This document shows positions 21,661 through 34,176 of a DNA stretch of 64,000 nt, piece after piece. The stretch is from an uncultured Planctomycetota bacterium (GTDB lineage: Bacteria > Planctomycetota > Planctomycetia > Gemmatales > Gemmataceae), in contig CAWKHF010000012.1 in the NCBI GenBank assembly GCA_963849325.1, positions 864,001 to 928,000 on the forward strand, read 5' to 3'. Under the pieces are notes generated by a model. The model ran no database searches. It was not told the DNA's origin and was given only the letters and a program-made list of their open reading frames with translations. The position numbers and the translations under genes are program-made. Position 1 is the stretch's first letter, and every line of letters begins with the position of its first letter.

Positions 21661-22330
21661 ATGACGATTTACGAACGGGCACTGGCACTGGTCCGCGCCG
21701 GCGACACCGTCGGCCTGGGATCGGGGCACGCCTCGGCGGAGTTCATCCGCGAGCTGGGCGAGCGGGTGCGCGACGGTCTATCGGTGCGCGGCGTGGCGAC
21801 GTTGCGCGCCTCGGAGGAGTTGGCGCAGCGCCGGCATCCCGATCGTGTCGCTGGCCGAGGGACTGCCCCTGGCCTTGACCGTGGATGGGGCCGACGAGGT
21901 CGATCCGCACCTCGACCTCATCAAGGGTTACGGCCGAGCGCTGGTGCGCGAGAAGATCGTGGCGTCGGCGTCGCGCCGACTGGTCATCCTCGTCGGGCCG
22001 GGCAAGGAGGTGCCGGTGCTCGGCTCGCGCGGCAAACTGCCGATCGAGGTGGTGCCGTTCGCCGTGCCGTTGTGCCACGAGCGCCTGAAGAAGCTCGGCT
22101 GCACGGCCGTACTCTACGAGGAGAACGGCGCGGCGTTCGTGACGGACAACGGCAATCACATCCTCGATTGCGCCGTAGCGCCGATCCTGCATCCCGAGCA
22201 ATTCGAGGCCCATCTGCGTGCCATCCCCGGCGTCGTCGGCACCGGGCTATTTTTGGGCATGGCGGACACGGTGCTGGTGGGCGACGAGCAATTTCGATTG
22301 ATCGCCGAGAAACAGCGGAACATCCCCTGA
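21661..22330 (+). CDS. rpiA: Ribose-5-phosphate isomerase A (frameshift ~21830)
   Basis: [58 protein letters not shown]. Confidence 0.9.
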
Positions 22331-22344
22331 AAGGAGCGTGCATC

Positions 22345-23354
<1,010 letters not shown>

Positions 23355-23370
23355 CGATTTCAAAATTCCT

Positions 23371-23394
23371 GAGCGGGGGCGTCAGCCCCCGCTC
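23371..23394 (+). terminator. GC-rich hairpin downstream of gnd (possible terminator)
   Basis: gagcggggg-cgtcag-cccccgctc; weak U tract. Confidence 0.4.
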
Positions 23395-23865
23395 AGGAGT
23401 TTTGCCCGCGTCTGGCCAGCTTGCTTCAAGTCCGCGAAGCACCCGGCCGATAACTACCTCTGTACTCGTGACAAACCTCGGCAACGTCGCCTGGCCGCCC
23501 GAATGCCAAGGTCGTCAGGAAGCGTCGGACTCGGCCGCGCCAAGGCCGACGGGTCTGACTCAGACCTCCGTGTACCAAGCCCCCGACCCCCACGGAGGTC
23601 TGTTCCTGCGACCGACACGCCGCCGCTGCTCTGCCTCGTCCCCGCGAGGAGAGCAGCGGCGCCTCCCTCCCCGAGAGACCCCGGCAACCCCCTGCGAACG
23701 CCCTGACCGCTTCGGCTCGCGTCATTACCCCCTGTTTGTCCCCACCTGCGAAGCGGTACGACACCACGACACGCCGGGGTCTCTCGCCCTTTTCCCGCCC
23801 CCTTCCCCGCGATACTGGAAACGCACCCTCCAGTGCCTAAAACGATGGTGGTCCCGAGCGGCTGA

Positions 23866-25214
<1,349 letters not shown>

Positions 25215-25221
25215 AAACAAA

Positions 25222-25323
25222 AATGAACCACAGATGAACACAGATAAACACGGATAAAACAAGAAAGAGAAGTAGTCTTTTTTTGTTTTATCCGTGTTTA
25301 TCTGTGTTCATCTGTGGTTCATT
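25222..25323. repeat. 41-bp perfect inverted repeat built from 10-mer units (AACACAGATR)
   Basis: aatgaaccacagatgaacacagataaacacggataaaacaa ... ttgttttatccgtgtttatctgtgttcatctgtggttcatt, between convergent genes. Confidence 0.9.
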
Positions 25324-25682
25324 ATTCTTCGAGCCAGGCGCGGGCCTCGGCGGCCTTGCTGTGATCGAAATAGCGGATGGTCGCCGTCGTGAACGGCTTG
25401 CAGAAAGCGGCCATGCCCGCTTCCCACTTCGTTTCACCGACCAGGGCCAGCTTTTCCAGGTGGCCGAAGTGCTTGACGTTCGAACTTGATGTCCTCCCAC
25501 AGTGCCCCGGCGGTCCAGCCGTGGAAGTCGTGCATGGTGCAGAGCACCCGGAGCTTGCCATGCTGCTTGATGAGACGATCGATCTCGCTGCCAAAATGCT
25601 CGTAATCCGCGGCGGTCAGCTTGCCGCTGAGATTCACCGCCACGATCTTGCCGCCCGCCTCTTCGCGCAATTCCACTGGCAT
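25322..25682 (-). CDS. STAS/SEC14 (SpoIIAA-like) domain protein (frameshift ~25480)
   Basis: SGKLTAADY, HGKLRVL, FHGWTAGALWEDIKF, KLALVGETKW, IRYFD...ARAWL. Confidence 0.85.
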
Positions 25683-25844
25683 GGGAACTCTCCTGCTGAG
25701 GATTCGATTTACGCCCGGACGCCCGCCGACCGCACGGCGGCACCACCCTTTCATCCTATGCTGCCGGGCGGCGCCGAACCATCGCGGCCGACTGGCCGGT
25801 GACATCCGAACCGATGTATCCTGTTACGAAAGGAGGGACGAGCG

Positions 25845-27753
25845 ATGACAGCAGCCACGCATCCCAGCGAAAAACTCGAATTCAAAACCGAGCTAAAACA
25901 ACTCCTCCACATCATCACCCACTCGCTGTATTCCCATAAAGAGATCTTCCTGCGCGAGCTGATCTCCAACGCCAGCGACGCCATCAACAAGATCAAATTC
26001 GATTCGCTTTCGCATGAGGAAATGCTGGAAGGCAACAAGGACTGGAAGATCAAGATTATCCCTGATCGCTCGACGGCCACGCTGACCGTCTCGGACAACG
26101 GCATCGGCATGGCGCGTCCGGAGGTCATCGACAACCTCGGCACCATCGCCAAGTCCGGCACGCGCGCCTTTCTGGAGAGCCTGAAAACGAAGGACAGCCG
26201 CGAGCAACCGGAGTTGATCGGCCAGTTCGGCGTCGGCTTCTACTCCGCGTTCATGGTCGCCGACCGCGTGACAGTCCTCATCGCGCCCGGCCGGCGATCC
26301 GCGCGACGGCGTCAAGTGGGAGTCCGACGGCCAGGGGGAATTCACCGTCGAGACCGTCGAGAAGCCCACGCGCGGCACCGACGTCATCCTGCACCTCAAG
26401 GCCGAGGAGAGGGAGTTCCTCAACGAGCACCAGCTCCGCGAGATCGTCAAGCGGTTCTCCGACTTCATCGAGCATCCCGTGGTCATGGACGTCGAGAAGA
26501 CCGACGAGAACAAGAACAAGAGTGTCGTCGAGGAGACGCTCAACTCGCGCAAGGCCATCTGGCTGCGGAACAAGTCCGAGAACACGCCGGAGGAGTACAA
26601 CGCCTTCTACAAGCAGATCGCCAACGACTTCGACGATCCCGCCAAGATCATCCACTACACCGCCGAGGGCGTCAACGAATTCCGCGTCCTGCTGTTCATC
26701 CCGGCGCAGCGGCCGATCGAGTTGCGCTGGGGCGGCGAAGTGAAATTCGGCCCGCGACTGTACATCCAGCGCGTGCTCATCATGGACCACTGCGAGGCGC
26801 TGCTGCCGCCCTACCTGCGCTTCGTCAAGGGCGTGGTCGATTGCTCCGACCTGCCGCTGAACATCTCGCGCGAGATGCTGCAGCACAACCCGCTGCTGGA
26901 ACGAATTCGTACCAACATCGTCCGCAGCATCCTCAAGGCGCTCGAGGAGATGAAGGAGGACGAGTACGACAAGTACGTGAAGTTCTATCAGGAGCTGGGT
27001 TCGATCCTCAAGGAAGGCCTGAGCCGCGATTGGAGCAACCGCGAGAAGATCGCCGACCTGCTGCTGTTCGAGTCGATGAAGACGCCGGCCGGTCAGTACA
27101 CCACGCTGGCGAAATACGTCGAGGCGATGCCGGCCGAGCAAAAGGCGATCTGGTATCTCATCGGCGAGGACCGCGAAATGCTGGAACATTCGCCGTACCT
27201 GGAGAGTTTCCGCGCCCGCGGCCAGGACGTGCTGCTGTTGACCGAGCCCATCGATGAGTTCGCGCTGCCGGGCCTGGGCAACTACAAGGACAAGCCGCTC
27301 AAGGCCGCCGATCGCGACGAACTGGAGCAGAGCAAGGACGAAGCAGCCCAGAAAAGCGAAGGGCAAGAGAAGTTTCGGAAGCTGTTCGAGTATCTCCAGA
27401 CGAAGCTGCCGGAGGTGAGCGACGTGCGCCTATCGAGCCGGCTGAAGGAGAGCGCCGCCTGCCTGGTGGCCGGCGAGGGCGCGATGACGGCCCACATGGA
27501 GCGGCTGATGCGGCAGTTCGGCCGCGACAAGGAATTGGGGCCGTCGCGCCGTGTCCTGGAGCTGAACGGCGAGCACCCGGCCGTTCTGGCCCTGCAACAG
27601 CTGTTCGACAAGAACTCGGATGACCCGCGCGTCGAAACCTATGCCCGCCTGCTTTACGATCAGGCCGTCATCGCCGAAGGCTCGAAGATCGAGGACCCGA
27701 CGGCCTTCGCCCGGCGCCTCAACGATTTGCTGGTGCGGGGAATGAAGGAGTGA
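25845..27753 (+). CDS. htpG: Chaperone HtpG (Hsp90) (frameshift ~26280)
   Basis: [60 protein letters not shown]. Confidence 0.97.
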
Positions 27754-27890
27754 AAGGAACTTCGCTTTCGTCTTTGCACCCACGTCCAGGATCGGGTACA
27801 TCTGGAGTAAGGATTTGCCGCTCGCGGCTTAGCGAACAGCCGCAAGCGCCAAGCCACTTGCGGCTTTCTCCTCACGGGAGTGTGTGACCC

Positions 27891-28616
27891 ATGAAGCGTG
27901 TGCTCGTTCTCGTTTGTCTGTTTTTCCTGTTGACCCTCGGCCTTTCGGCCGTCGAACCCTCGCGGCGGACATCGAAGGAGGCGTTGAAGGAGTTCAACGA
28001 CCTCATCGGCTCCTGGCGCGCGACCGGCGAGCCGAACGGCACGCGCGAGGAGAAACAGCGCCACTTTTGGCGGGAACAAATCTCCTGGGAATGGCAGTTC
28101 AAGGGCGACGACGTTTTCTTGCGAGCCGCCATCGACAAAGGCAAATACTTCACCGCCGCCGAACTGCGCTACCTGCCCGATAAGGATCGCTATCAGCTCA
28201 CTGCCAAGACGCCCGCCGGCGAAACGCTCGTCTTTGAAGGCCCGCGCACCAAGAACCGTCTGACTCTGGAACGTCAGGACGAGAAGAAGAACGAAACGCA
28301 ACGGCTGATCGTGACGGTGCTGCACTTCAACCGCTACCTGTATCGTTACGAGGTCAAGCCGGCGAACCGGACGACGTTCGCGCTAGTCTACCAGGTGGGG
28401 GCAACGAAGGAGGGCGTGGACTTCGCCGGCGGCGACGACAAGCCCGAATGCGTCGTCAGCGGCGGCTTGGGGACGATGCCGGTGGTGTACAAGGGCAAGA
28501 CCTACTACGTTTGTTGCTCCGGCTGCCGCGATGCCTTCAAGGACGAACCCGAGAAGTACATCAAGGAATTCGAGGAGCGCAAAAAGGCGAAAAAGGAAAA
28601 GACGAAGGAGCATTGA
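27891..28616 (+). CDS. Exported protein with C-terminal YHS/TRASH-like metal-binding domain
   Basis: Signal peptide; ECVVSGG...YKGKTYYVCCSGCRDAFKDEPEKY. Confidence 0.8.
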   Translation: MKRVLVLVCLFFLLTLGLSAVEPSRRTSKEALKEFNDLIGSWRATGEPNGTREEKQRHFWREQISWEWQFKGDDVFLRAAIDKGKYFTAAELRYLPDKDRYQLTAKTPAGETLVFEGPRTKNRLTLERQDEKKNETQRLIVTVLHFNRYLYRYEVKPANRTTFALVYQVGATKEGVDFAGGDDKPECVVSGGLGTMPVVYKGKTYYVCCSGCRDAFKDEPEKYIKEFEERKKAKKEKTKEH

Positions 28617-28670
28617 TCTTCCGACCTTCCTCGCCGTGGAGGCAGCTTGGGTCGGGAAAGGCGGCTACCC

Positions 28671-29639
28671 ATGCTCGAATCGCGCTGGCTCGAATGCAAA
28701 CGACCGTCGCCGATGCTGCGCTTCGTGGCCGGCCGAGCCAGTCCGCGCAAACTGCGTCTGTTCGTCTGCGCCTGCTGTCGCCGATTGTGGCCGTGGCTGC
28801 GTGACGAGGCGGGCCGGCAAGCCGTCGAGGAGTTGGAGCGCCAGGCGGACACACGCGGGACGCTGACACCGACCGCGGCCGTGCGGAAACTGGCCCTGCG
28901 GAGTATGGACGCCGCGGACGAGAAGCGCCAGGCCGCGCTGGCGGCGCGGCAAGAAGCGGATCGGCGCCGGGCCGCCGTCTGGGGGTCCATCTGGGTCGGC
29001 GATCCGCCGGAGCCGTCGCTACTGGTCCGCAGCGCGGCCGAGGCGCTGGAGGCGTCGGCGATGGAGCAAGAAGCGCAGGCGGCGGTGCGGGCGGCCCAGT
29101 TGGTCCACTCTCTCGCCGAGGGGCTTCGCGACAGTGGCGAGGCGGCGCAGGAGGCCGTGCAGGTCGTCGTGGACGGCCGCCAGGCGGCCATCACACGCGC
29201 CTGCTCCGCGCGCTGGGTCCACCGCGCCGATCGAGAGGCCGACCGTCCCGTACCGCGCGGCAAGGCCGCCCTGCGTGCTTCCCAGGCGGCGCATTGGATC
29301 GAAATGCAGGAGGATTCCTTGCACGAGCGGCACGTGCGCCTCGACGAGCAGGCGGCGAAGGCGGAGCGCCGCGCTCAGGCCGCCCTCGTCCGCGACCTGT
29401 TCGGCAACCCCTATCACCCCGCCGCCATCGAGCCGGCGTGCCTGGATTGGAACGAGGCGTGTATCGTCAAGATGGCCCGGATCATTTACGACGAGCGCAA
29501 ATATCAAGACATGGCGATTCTCGCCGACGCGCTGGAGGAAGCCGGCTGCGACAATTCCGAGGTCGTCAATCATTGCCGCCAGCCCGGTGAGCACGCGCGC
29601 GGTTGCTGGCTGCTGGACTTACTGCTGGGGCGAGCGTAA
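28671..29639 (+). CDS. Gemmataceae-type paralogous hypothetical protein
   Basis: RKLRLFVCACCR N-motif; RDLFGNP...ILADALEEAGC...HCRQPGEHARGCWLLDLLLG C-motif. Confidence 0.75.
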   Translation: MLESRWLECKRPSPMLRFVAGRASPRKLRLFVCACCRRLWPWLRDEAGRQAVEELERQADTRGTLTPTAAVRKLALRSMDAADEKRQAALAARQEADRRRAAVWGSIWVGDPPEPSLLVRSAAEALEASAMEQEAQAAVRAAQLVHSLAEGLRDSGEAAQEAVQVVVDGRQAAITRACSARWVHRADREADRPVPRGKAALRASQAAHWIEMQEDSLHERHVRLDEQAAKAERRAQAALVRDLFGNPYHPAAIEPACLDWNEACIVKMARIIYDERKYQDMAILADALEEAGCDNSEVVNHCRQPGEHARGCWLLDLLLGRA

Positions 29640-32000
29640 ACGGGGCTGCATCTGCCGAATCCCCTCAAAAAACTCCGGCGCGTTCCGCACTCCCTCGATC
29701 AGCCCGGCCACCCCCTTGTCACCGAGGATTTCCTGGCGCGCCGGGTTGGCCGCGATGCGGCGGGCGATGGCTTGCTGCTCGTCTTTCGCGCCCAGACGAT
29801 CGGCGGCGGCTTTGAGGAACAGGTCGATACCCAGGCGCTTCACGTCGTCATCGGCATCGCTTCGGAGCTTCCGCCAGCGCGGCACGAGTCCGCGCACCTG
29901 CTTGTCGGACAGGCCGGCCAGGAACTCGGGAGCGAACAGCGGCAGCAGACTCAGGCCGTCGGAGTACGCCAGCACGAGGTTCGCTTGCTGCTGGACGGGT
30001 GCTGTGTGCGGGCGCGGTTTCCAGGTGCGGAGCAGAAGGGGCAGCACGGTGTCCGTCGCCAGCTCCGCGTACTCTTCGTAACGGCCGCGCAACAGGAGGA
30101 ATTGCGTCAGCACCAGGGCCTTGCTCAGACGGTCGGCGTCCGACCGGTCATTCTTCAGGCCGTCGCGGAAGAAGCGTTCGCCGTCCTCGACTGCATCGAG
30201 GCTGAGAAACACTTCGGCGATGTAGAGATCACGCCAGTGCAGCAGCTGTTCTTTCGTCGGCCGAACGTCCGCGGCACCGAACGGAGCGGGCGAGTTCGGC
30301 GCAGCCGCTTTCGGCGCGGCGGGCAACTCGGGCAGGAAAGTCGCCTCAAATTGTTGGCGTTTGGCGCGGGCGTCTTCGTCGCGGCCGAGCTTGGCGAGAC
30401 AGTAAGCGTGGAAGAAGAGCGCATCGCGGCTGCGGACGAAACGGTGGATGAACTGCTCGGGCGAATGATCGTCCACGTCCGGCGCCCCGACGGCGGCTTG
30501 CTCGTACCAGCGCCACGCCTCGGTGTATTCGCGGCGGAGCAGGTGGTAATGGCCGATCTGCGTTTTCTCGCGGGCATCAATCGCCTTCCAGTTCCGCGCG
30601 CCGGTGGCAGGGTCGAGCACGAGGGCGGGATCGCCCGGCCGCAGCGTCAGACCGCGCAGCGGCTCTTGTTCATTCCCGCCGAGTTCGAGCAGGTGCGATA
30701 GCCACGAGCGATAAGCCGGGCGGAACGTGGCCCACAGTGAGAGCCTGGCGTCCTTGGGCGACCAGCGCGGGAAGGTCACTTGCAGTCCGGAGAAGATCGT
30801 CCGCAACCGAGCGGGGTCCGCGTCCGGCGCCACCCGCACGCAGTTGCGGGCGCGGACGTCGGGCAGCAGCAGGAACGCCCAGGTCTTCGCCGGGTCGTGC
30901 GGCAACGGCTGTCGGGCGACGAGCGCCAGTTGCTCGCCGGTGGTCTCCCAGCCGACGAAGTTACACACGTCGTCCGCGCCGAGGACGCGATCGCCTCCGC
31001 CGGCCAGATCGGCCAGGTGAAGCGCGCCGGTTTCACCGCCGCGGAGGTATCCCAGGCGAGCACCGTCCGGCCGCCAGTGTAGATCGCGGATCGGTTTGTC
31101 GCCCTCGGCGAATGTCTGGACGGTGCGCGTATCCGGGGCGGCGACGTGCAAGGAGTGGACGAGGGGAGCTTTGTCCTTGCCCGGAGAAGTGCTGACAAAG
31201 GCGAAGCGGTTGCCGTCCGACGTCCAGACGGGGCGAGCGCTGCGCAAGTCCTCCAGACCTCGGCAGCCCAACCCGGCGGAGTCCGGCACGTGCCACCAGT
31301 CGGACTCGCCGGGCTTGCCGATCCAGATGCCACCGTCCGACGATGGCTCGATTTTACCCGCGAGCACACAGGCGATGTGGGCATTATCGGGAGAACAGTC
31401 GAAAATCAGGGCGTCGCCGGTATGCGGAAAGACCGGACGCGAGGACTGGGTCTGGAGGTCGTACTCGTACAGGCCGTGCCGTCCCGGATCGTCCTGCTGG
31501 ATGTAGAGGATGTGTTGGCCGTCGGGGTGCCAGCGGACGGCGAGGTTCGCGGCGACATAGCCGGGATGACCGCAGGGAACGGTGAACAACGGCACATTGA
31601 GCGGCTGACCGGGCTTGACTTCCTCGCGCAGCCAGCAGGTGTACAGCGTCGGCCGCGCGGCGTGCTGATCGCCGACCGGATCCTGCTCGGCGGGCAGACC
31701 GCCCTGGCCATTCTGGTCCTTGCCGGCGTCGCGGGCCGTCGTGAACAGCAACCGCTTGTCGGTGGGACTCCACAGCGGCGCGCTGACGGCGATGACGTCC
31801 GCGTCCGGCTGGAAGATTTTGGTCGGCGCCGCCCCCTCCGTCTCGACGACGAAGATGCCGTCGCGTCCGTGCTGGAAGGCGACTTGCTTGCCGTCCGGTG
31901 CGAAGGTGATGCTGCGGTCCTCGCGGACGGTCGCATTGCAACCAACCAGCAGAATGGATGCAAAGACCGACAGCCCAACACGGCGGAGTGTGAGCGACAT
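29619..32000 (-). CDS. Lipoprotein with TolB/PD40 beta-propeller repeats and helical C-terminus
   Basis: Lipobox LLVGC; FAPDGK, WSPTDK, WHPDGQ, WRPDGA repeats. Confidence 0.75.
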   Translation of the reverse strand: MSLTLRRVGLSVFASILLVGCNATVREDRSITFAPDGKQVAFQHGRDGIFVVETEGAAPTKIFQPDADVIAVSAPLWSPTDKRLLFTTARDAGKDQNGQGGLPAEQDPVGDQHAARPTLYTCWLREEVKPGQPLNVPLFTVPCGHPGYVAANLAVRWHPDGQHILYIQQDDPGRHGLYEYDLQTQSSRPVFPHTGDALIFDCSPDNAHIACVLAGKIEPSSDGGIWIGKPGESDWWHVPDSAGLGCRGLEDLRSARPVWTSDGNRFAFVSTSPGKDKAPLVHSLHVAAPDTRTVQTFAEGDKPIRDLHWRPDGARLGYLRGGETGALHLADLAGGGDRVLGADDVCNFVGWETTGEQLALVARQPLPHDPAKTWAFLLLPDVRARNCVRVAPDADPARLRTIFSGLQVTFPRWSPKDARLSLWATFRPAYRSWLSHLLELGGNEQEPLRGLTLRPGDPALVLDPATGARNWKAIDAREKTQIGHYHLLRREYTEAWRWYEQAAVGAPDVDDHSPEQFIHRFVRSRDALFFHAYCLAKLGRDEDARAKRQQFEATFLPELPAAPKAAAPNSPAPFGAADVRPTKEQLLHWRDLYIAEVFLSLDAVEDGERFFRDGLKNDRSDADRLSKALVLTQFLLLRGRYEEYAELATDTVLPLLLRTWKPRPHTAPVQQQANLVLAYSDGLSLLPLFAPEFLAGLSDKQVRGLVPRWRKLRSDADDDVKRLGIDLFLKAAADRLGAKDEQQAIARRIAANPARQEILGDKGVAGLIEGVRNAPEFFEGIRQMQPRLRSPQQ

Positions 32001-32263
32001 GGCGGACCCTCCCGTGATGCTTCCCGGCACGAAGAGCGACAAACTCTCTACCCTGTACGATCCACTGGAGAGGGAGATTATTCCCGAAGGGAGCAGGAAG
32101 GCTTGCGTCCAGGATGATCGGAGGAAAGGCACGACTTTCGCGGAGAGATTTTCCGATCTTGCTGGTAGAGTGAAGGAGTAACGCTTATAGTTTTGGTATT
32201 GTCGTGCAACCGAACGAGAGGGCGGCGAACGCCGTCCCCATCGACCGCGCCGGGGGAGCCGTC

Positions 32264-34114
32264 ATGCCCGTGCAAGTGAAGTGCCCTTCGTGTTCGACCG
32301 TCTTGAGGTTACCCGACGCTCTGCCGGCTGGCGGCTCCGTTCGCTGCCCCAAGTGCAAGACCGTCCTGCGCGTGCCGGGCAAGACGCCGGCGTCCCAACC
32401 TGCGCCGGCGCCGGCCAAGCCGCCGGCATCACGGGTCCAGGCGACGCCCCCGTCCGCCCCCAAGGCCGCCGTGAAGCGGCCGGCCTCGCCGTCGATTCAA
32501 CCCACTCTCGCCAAAGCGCCGCCACGCATCGCCTCGGAAGCCAACGATGTCACCACGACAAAGACGGGGTCGAAGAAGGGTCTTCTCTTCGGCATCCTGG
32601 GCTGCGCCGGCTTGCTCTTCCTCGTCTGCGGCGGCACTATCACCTATGGGGTTTACCGGCTCTACAGGGGTGGCAAGGAATTCGTTCAAGAAGTCAGGAA
32701 CCAGGTAGAGCAGGCGGCCCAGAAGAAAAAGACCGTGGATGTCGCCTTTATCCACGCCGATTGCAACTCCGCCATCGTCTTTCAGCTCGCTCGCATTCAC
32801 CAGTCCAAGTCGTCCCTGCTGCCGCCGCCGGACAAGCTCGACAAACTGGTTGACGAGACGATCAAGGAGACCGGCATCGACCTGCGTAAAGTCGAGCAGT
32901 TGATCGCGGTGACGGAGCCAATTCCGCAAGGGGAAAAGCCGGCCGATCCGCGGGCAAGTCGCCGGCCGCCGCCCGGCTGGCGCACCTACTCGTCCGCCGA
33001 CGGTCGCTTCTCCGTTTTCTTTCCCTCGGCCCCCAAGGTCAGCAAAAGCCGCGACGCCCAGGGCACGGCGACCCAGAATTACCAGGCGACGGCCCGAGGC
33101 GGACTACTCAATTACCAGGTCGTTTGCACCGATCCGCCCAAGGGAACTCCGGCGGCCCCCGCCCAATTCTATTTCGATCAGCTGGCGGCCGCGTTCGGCC
33201 CCTCCGTCAAGGGCAAGAAACCGATCGAGCAGAACGGCCTGCGCGGCATGGAATTCGACATGGAGATGAAGCAAGGCCGGATCACCGTCAAGATGATCAA
33301 TCGCGCGTTCGTCGTCGGCACGCGCCTCTATCAGGTGACGGCGTTCGCTCCCAAGGGCCAGGAAAATGCCGTCCAGTTCCGCGCCTACCTCGATTCGTTC
33401 CAACCGCAGTCGTCCGGCGGCAGCGAGGATGCGCCCCTCCGCGGCGCCGGCATCGTGCGCTTCACGGAGTCCGTCAATGGCCGGCAGGTGCTGGATCAGC
33501 TCTTGAAACAATCCGAGGAGGCCAACGCCGCGGGCAAGACCTACTACCGCAGTAAGTCGGAGAAGGCGGCCGGTGCGCCGCTGGCCGGACACGTGGCCGA
33601 CGAGCGCACTCTCGTCGTGGCGCCCGAGCCGATGCTCCGGAAGATGCTCGCCGCCCCGAACGTGCCGACGCCGCTCCGGGACAAGCTACGCGAGTTCGAG
33701 TTGGACAACGATGTCTTCGGCGTGACCGTGGTCGAACCGTTCAAGGCCCAACTCAAGGAGTCGCTGCAAGCCGCCGACCTCCCGCCCCAGCTGGCCAAAC
33801 TGAAATCGATCGATCAAGACCTGGTCGCCGTCCGGCTTATCGCCAACCTCAACAGCGATAAGCTCCTGCAAGTCACGCTCGAAGGCAAGAATGAACAATC
33901 CGCGAGCAATCTGGAGGAAACGTCGAAGAACGCCCTCGACATGGGCAAGGCGTTCTACCCCTTCCTCAAAGGACAGGTGCAGAAAGACGTGCCGCCCGAA
34001 TGGACCGACCTGGTGAACGAATACTTCAAGGTGATGGACCAGATTTTGACGGGCGGCATTAAGGTGACGAAGGAAGGCAAGAACGTCGTCCTGACGCTGG
34101 AGAAGCCTCACTAA
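32264..34114 (+). CDS. Zinc-ribbon (MJ0042-type) membrane-anchored protein
   Basis: CPSC...CPKC, Pro/Ala linker, TM helix, WRTYSSADGRFSVFFP domain. Confidence 0.75.
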   Translation: MPVQVKCPSCSTVLRLPDALPAGGSVRCPKCKTVLRVPGKTPASQPAPAPAKPPASRVQATPPSAPKAAVKRPASPSIQPTLAKAPPRIASEANDVTTTKTGSKKGLLFGILGCAGLLFLVCGGTITYGVYRLYRGGKEFVQEVRNQVEQAAQKKKTVDVAFIHADCNSAIVFQLARIHQSKSSLLPPPDKLDKLVDETIKETGIDLRKVEQLIAVTEPIPQGEKPADPRASRRPPPGWRTYSSADGRFSVFFPSAPKVSKSRDAQGTATQNYQATARGGLLNYQVVCTDPPKGTPAAPAQFYFDQLAAAFGPSVKGKKPIEQNGLRGMEFDMEMKQGRITVKMINRAFVVGTRLYQVTAFAPKGQENAVQFRAYLDSFQPQSSGGSEDAPLRGAGIVRFTESVNGRQVLDQLLKQSEEANAAGKTYYRSKSEKAAGAPLAGHVADERTLVVAPEPMLRKMLAAPNVPTPLRDKLREFELDNDVFGVTVVEPFKAQLKESLQAADLPPQLAKLKSIDQDLVAVRLIANLNSDKLLQVTLEGKNEQSASNLEETSKNALDMGKAFYPFLKGQVQKDVPPEWTDLVNEYFKVMDQILTGGIKVTKEGKNVVLTLEKPH

Positions 34115-34173
34115 GTTCTAAGTTCTGAATGAAGGGCATTTGATTTTCACTCAGAACTCAGAACTCAGAACTT
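34113..34173. repeat. Inverted heptamer tandem repeats (AGTTCTR / TCAGAAC)
   Basis: aagttctaagttctgaa ... tcagaactcagaactcagaactt, between convergent genes. Confidence 0.75.
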
Positions 34174-34176
34174 CGG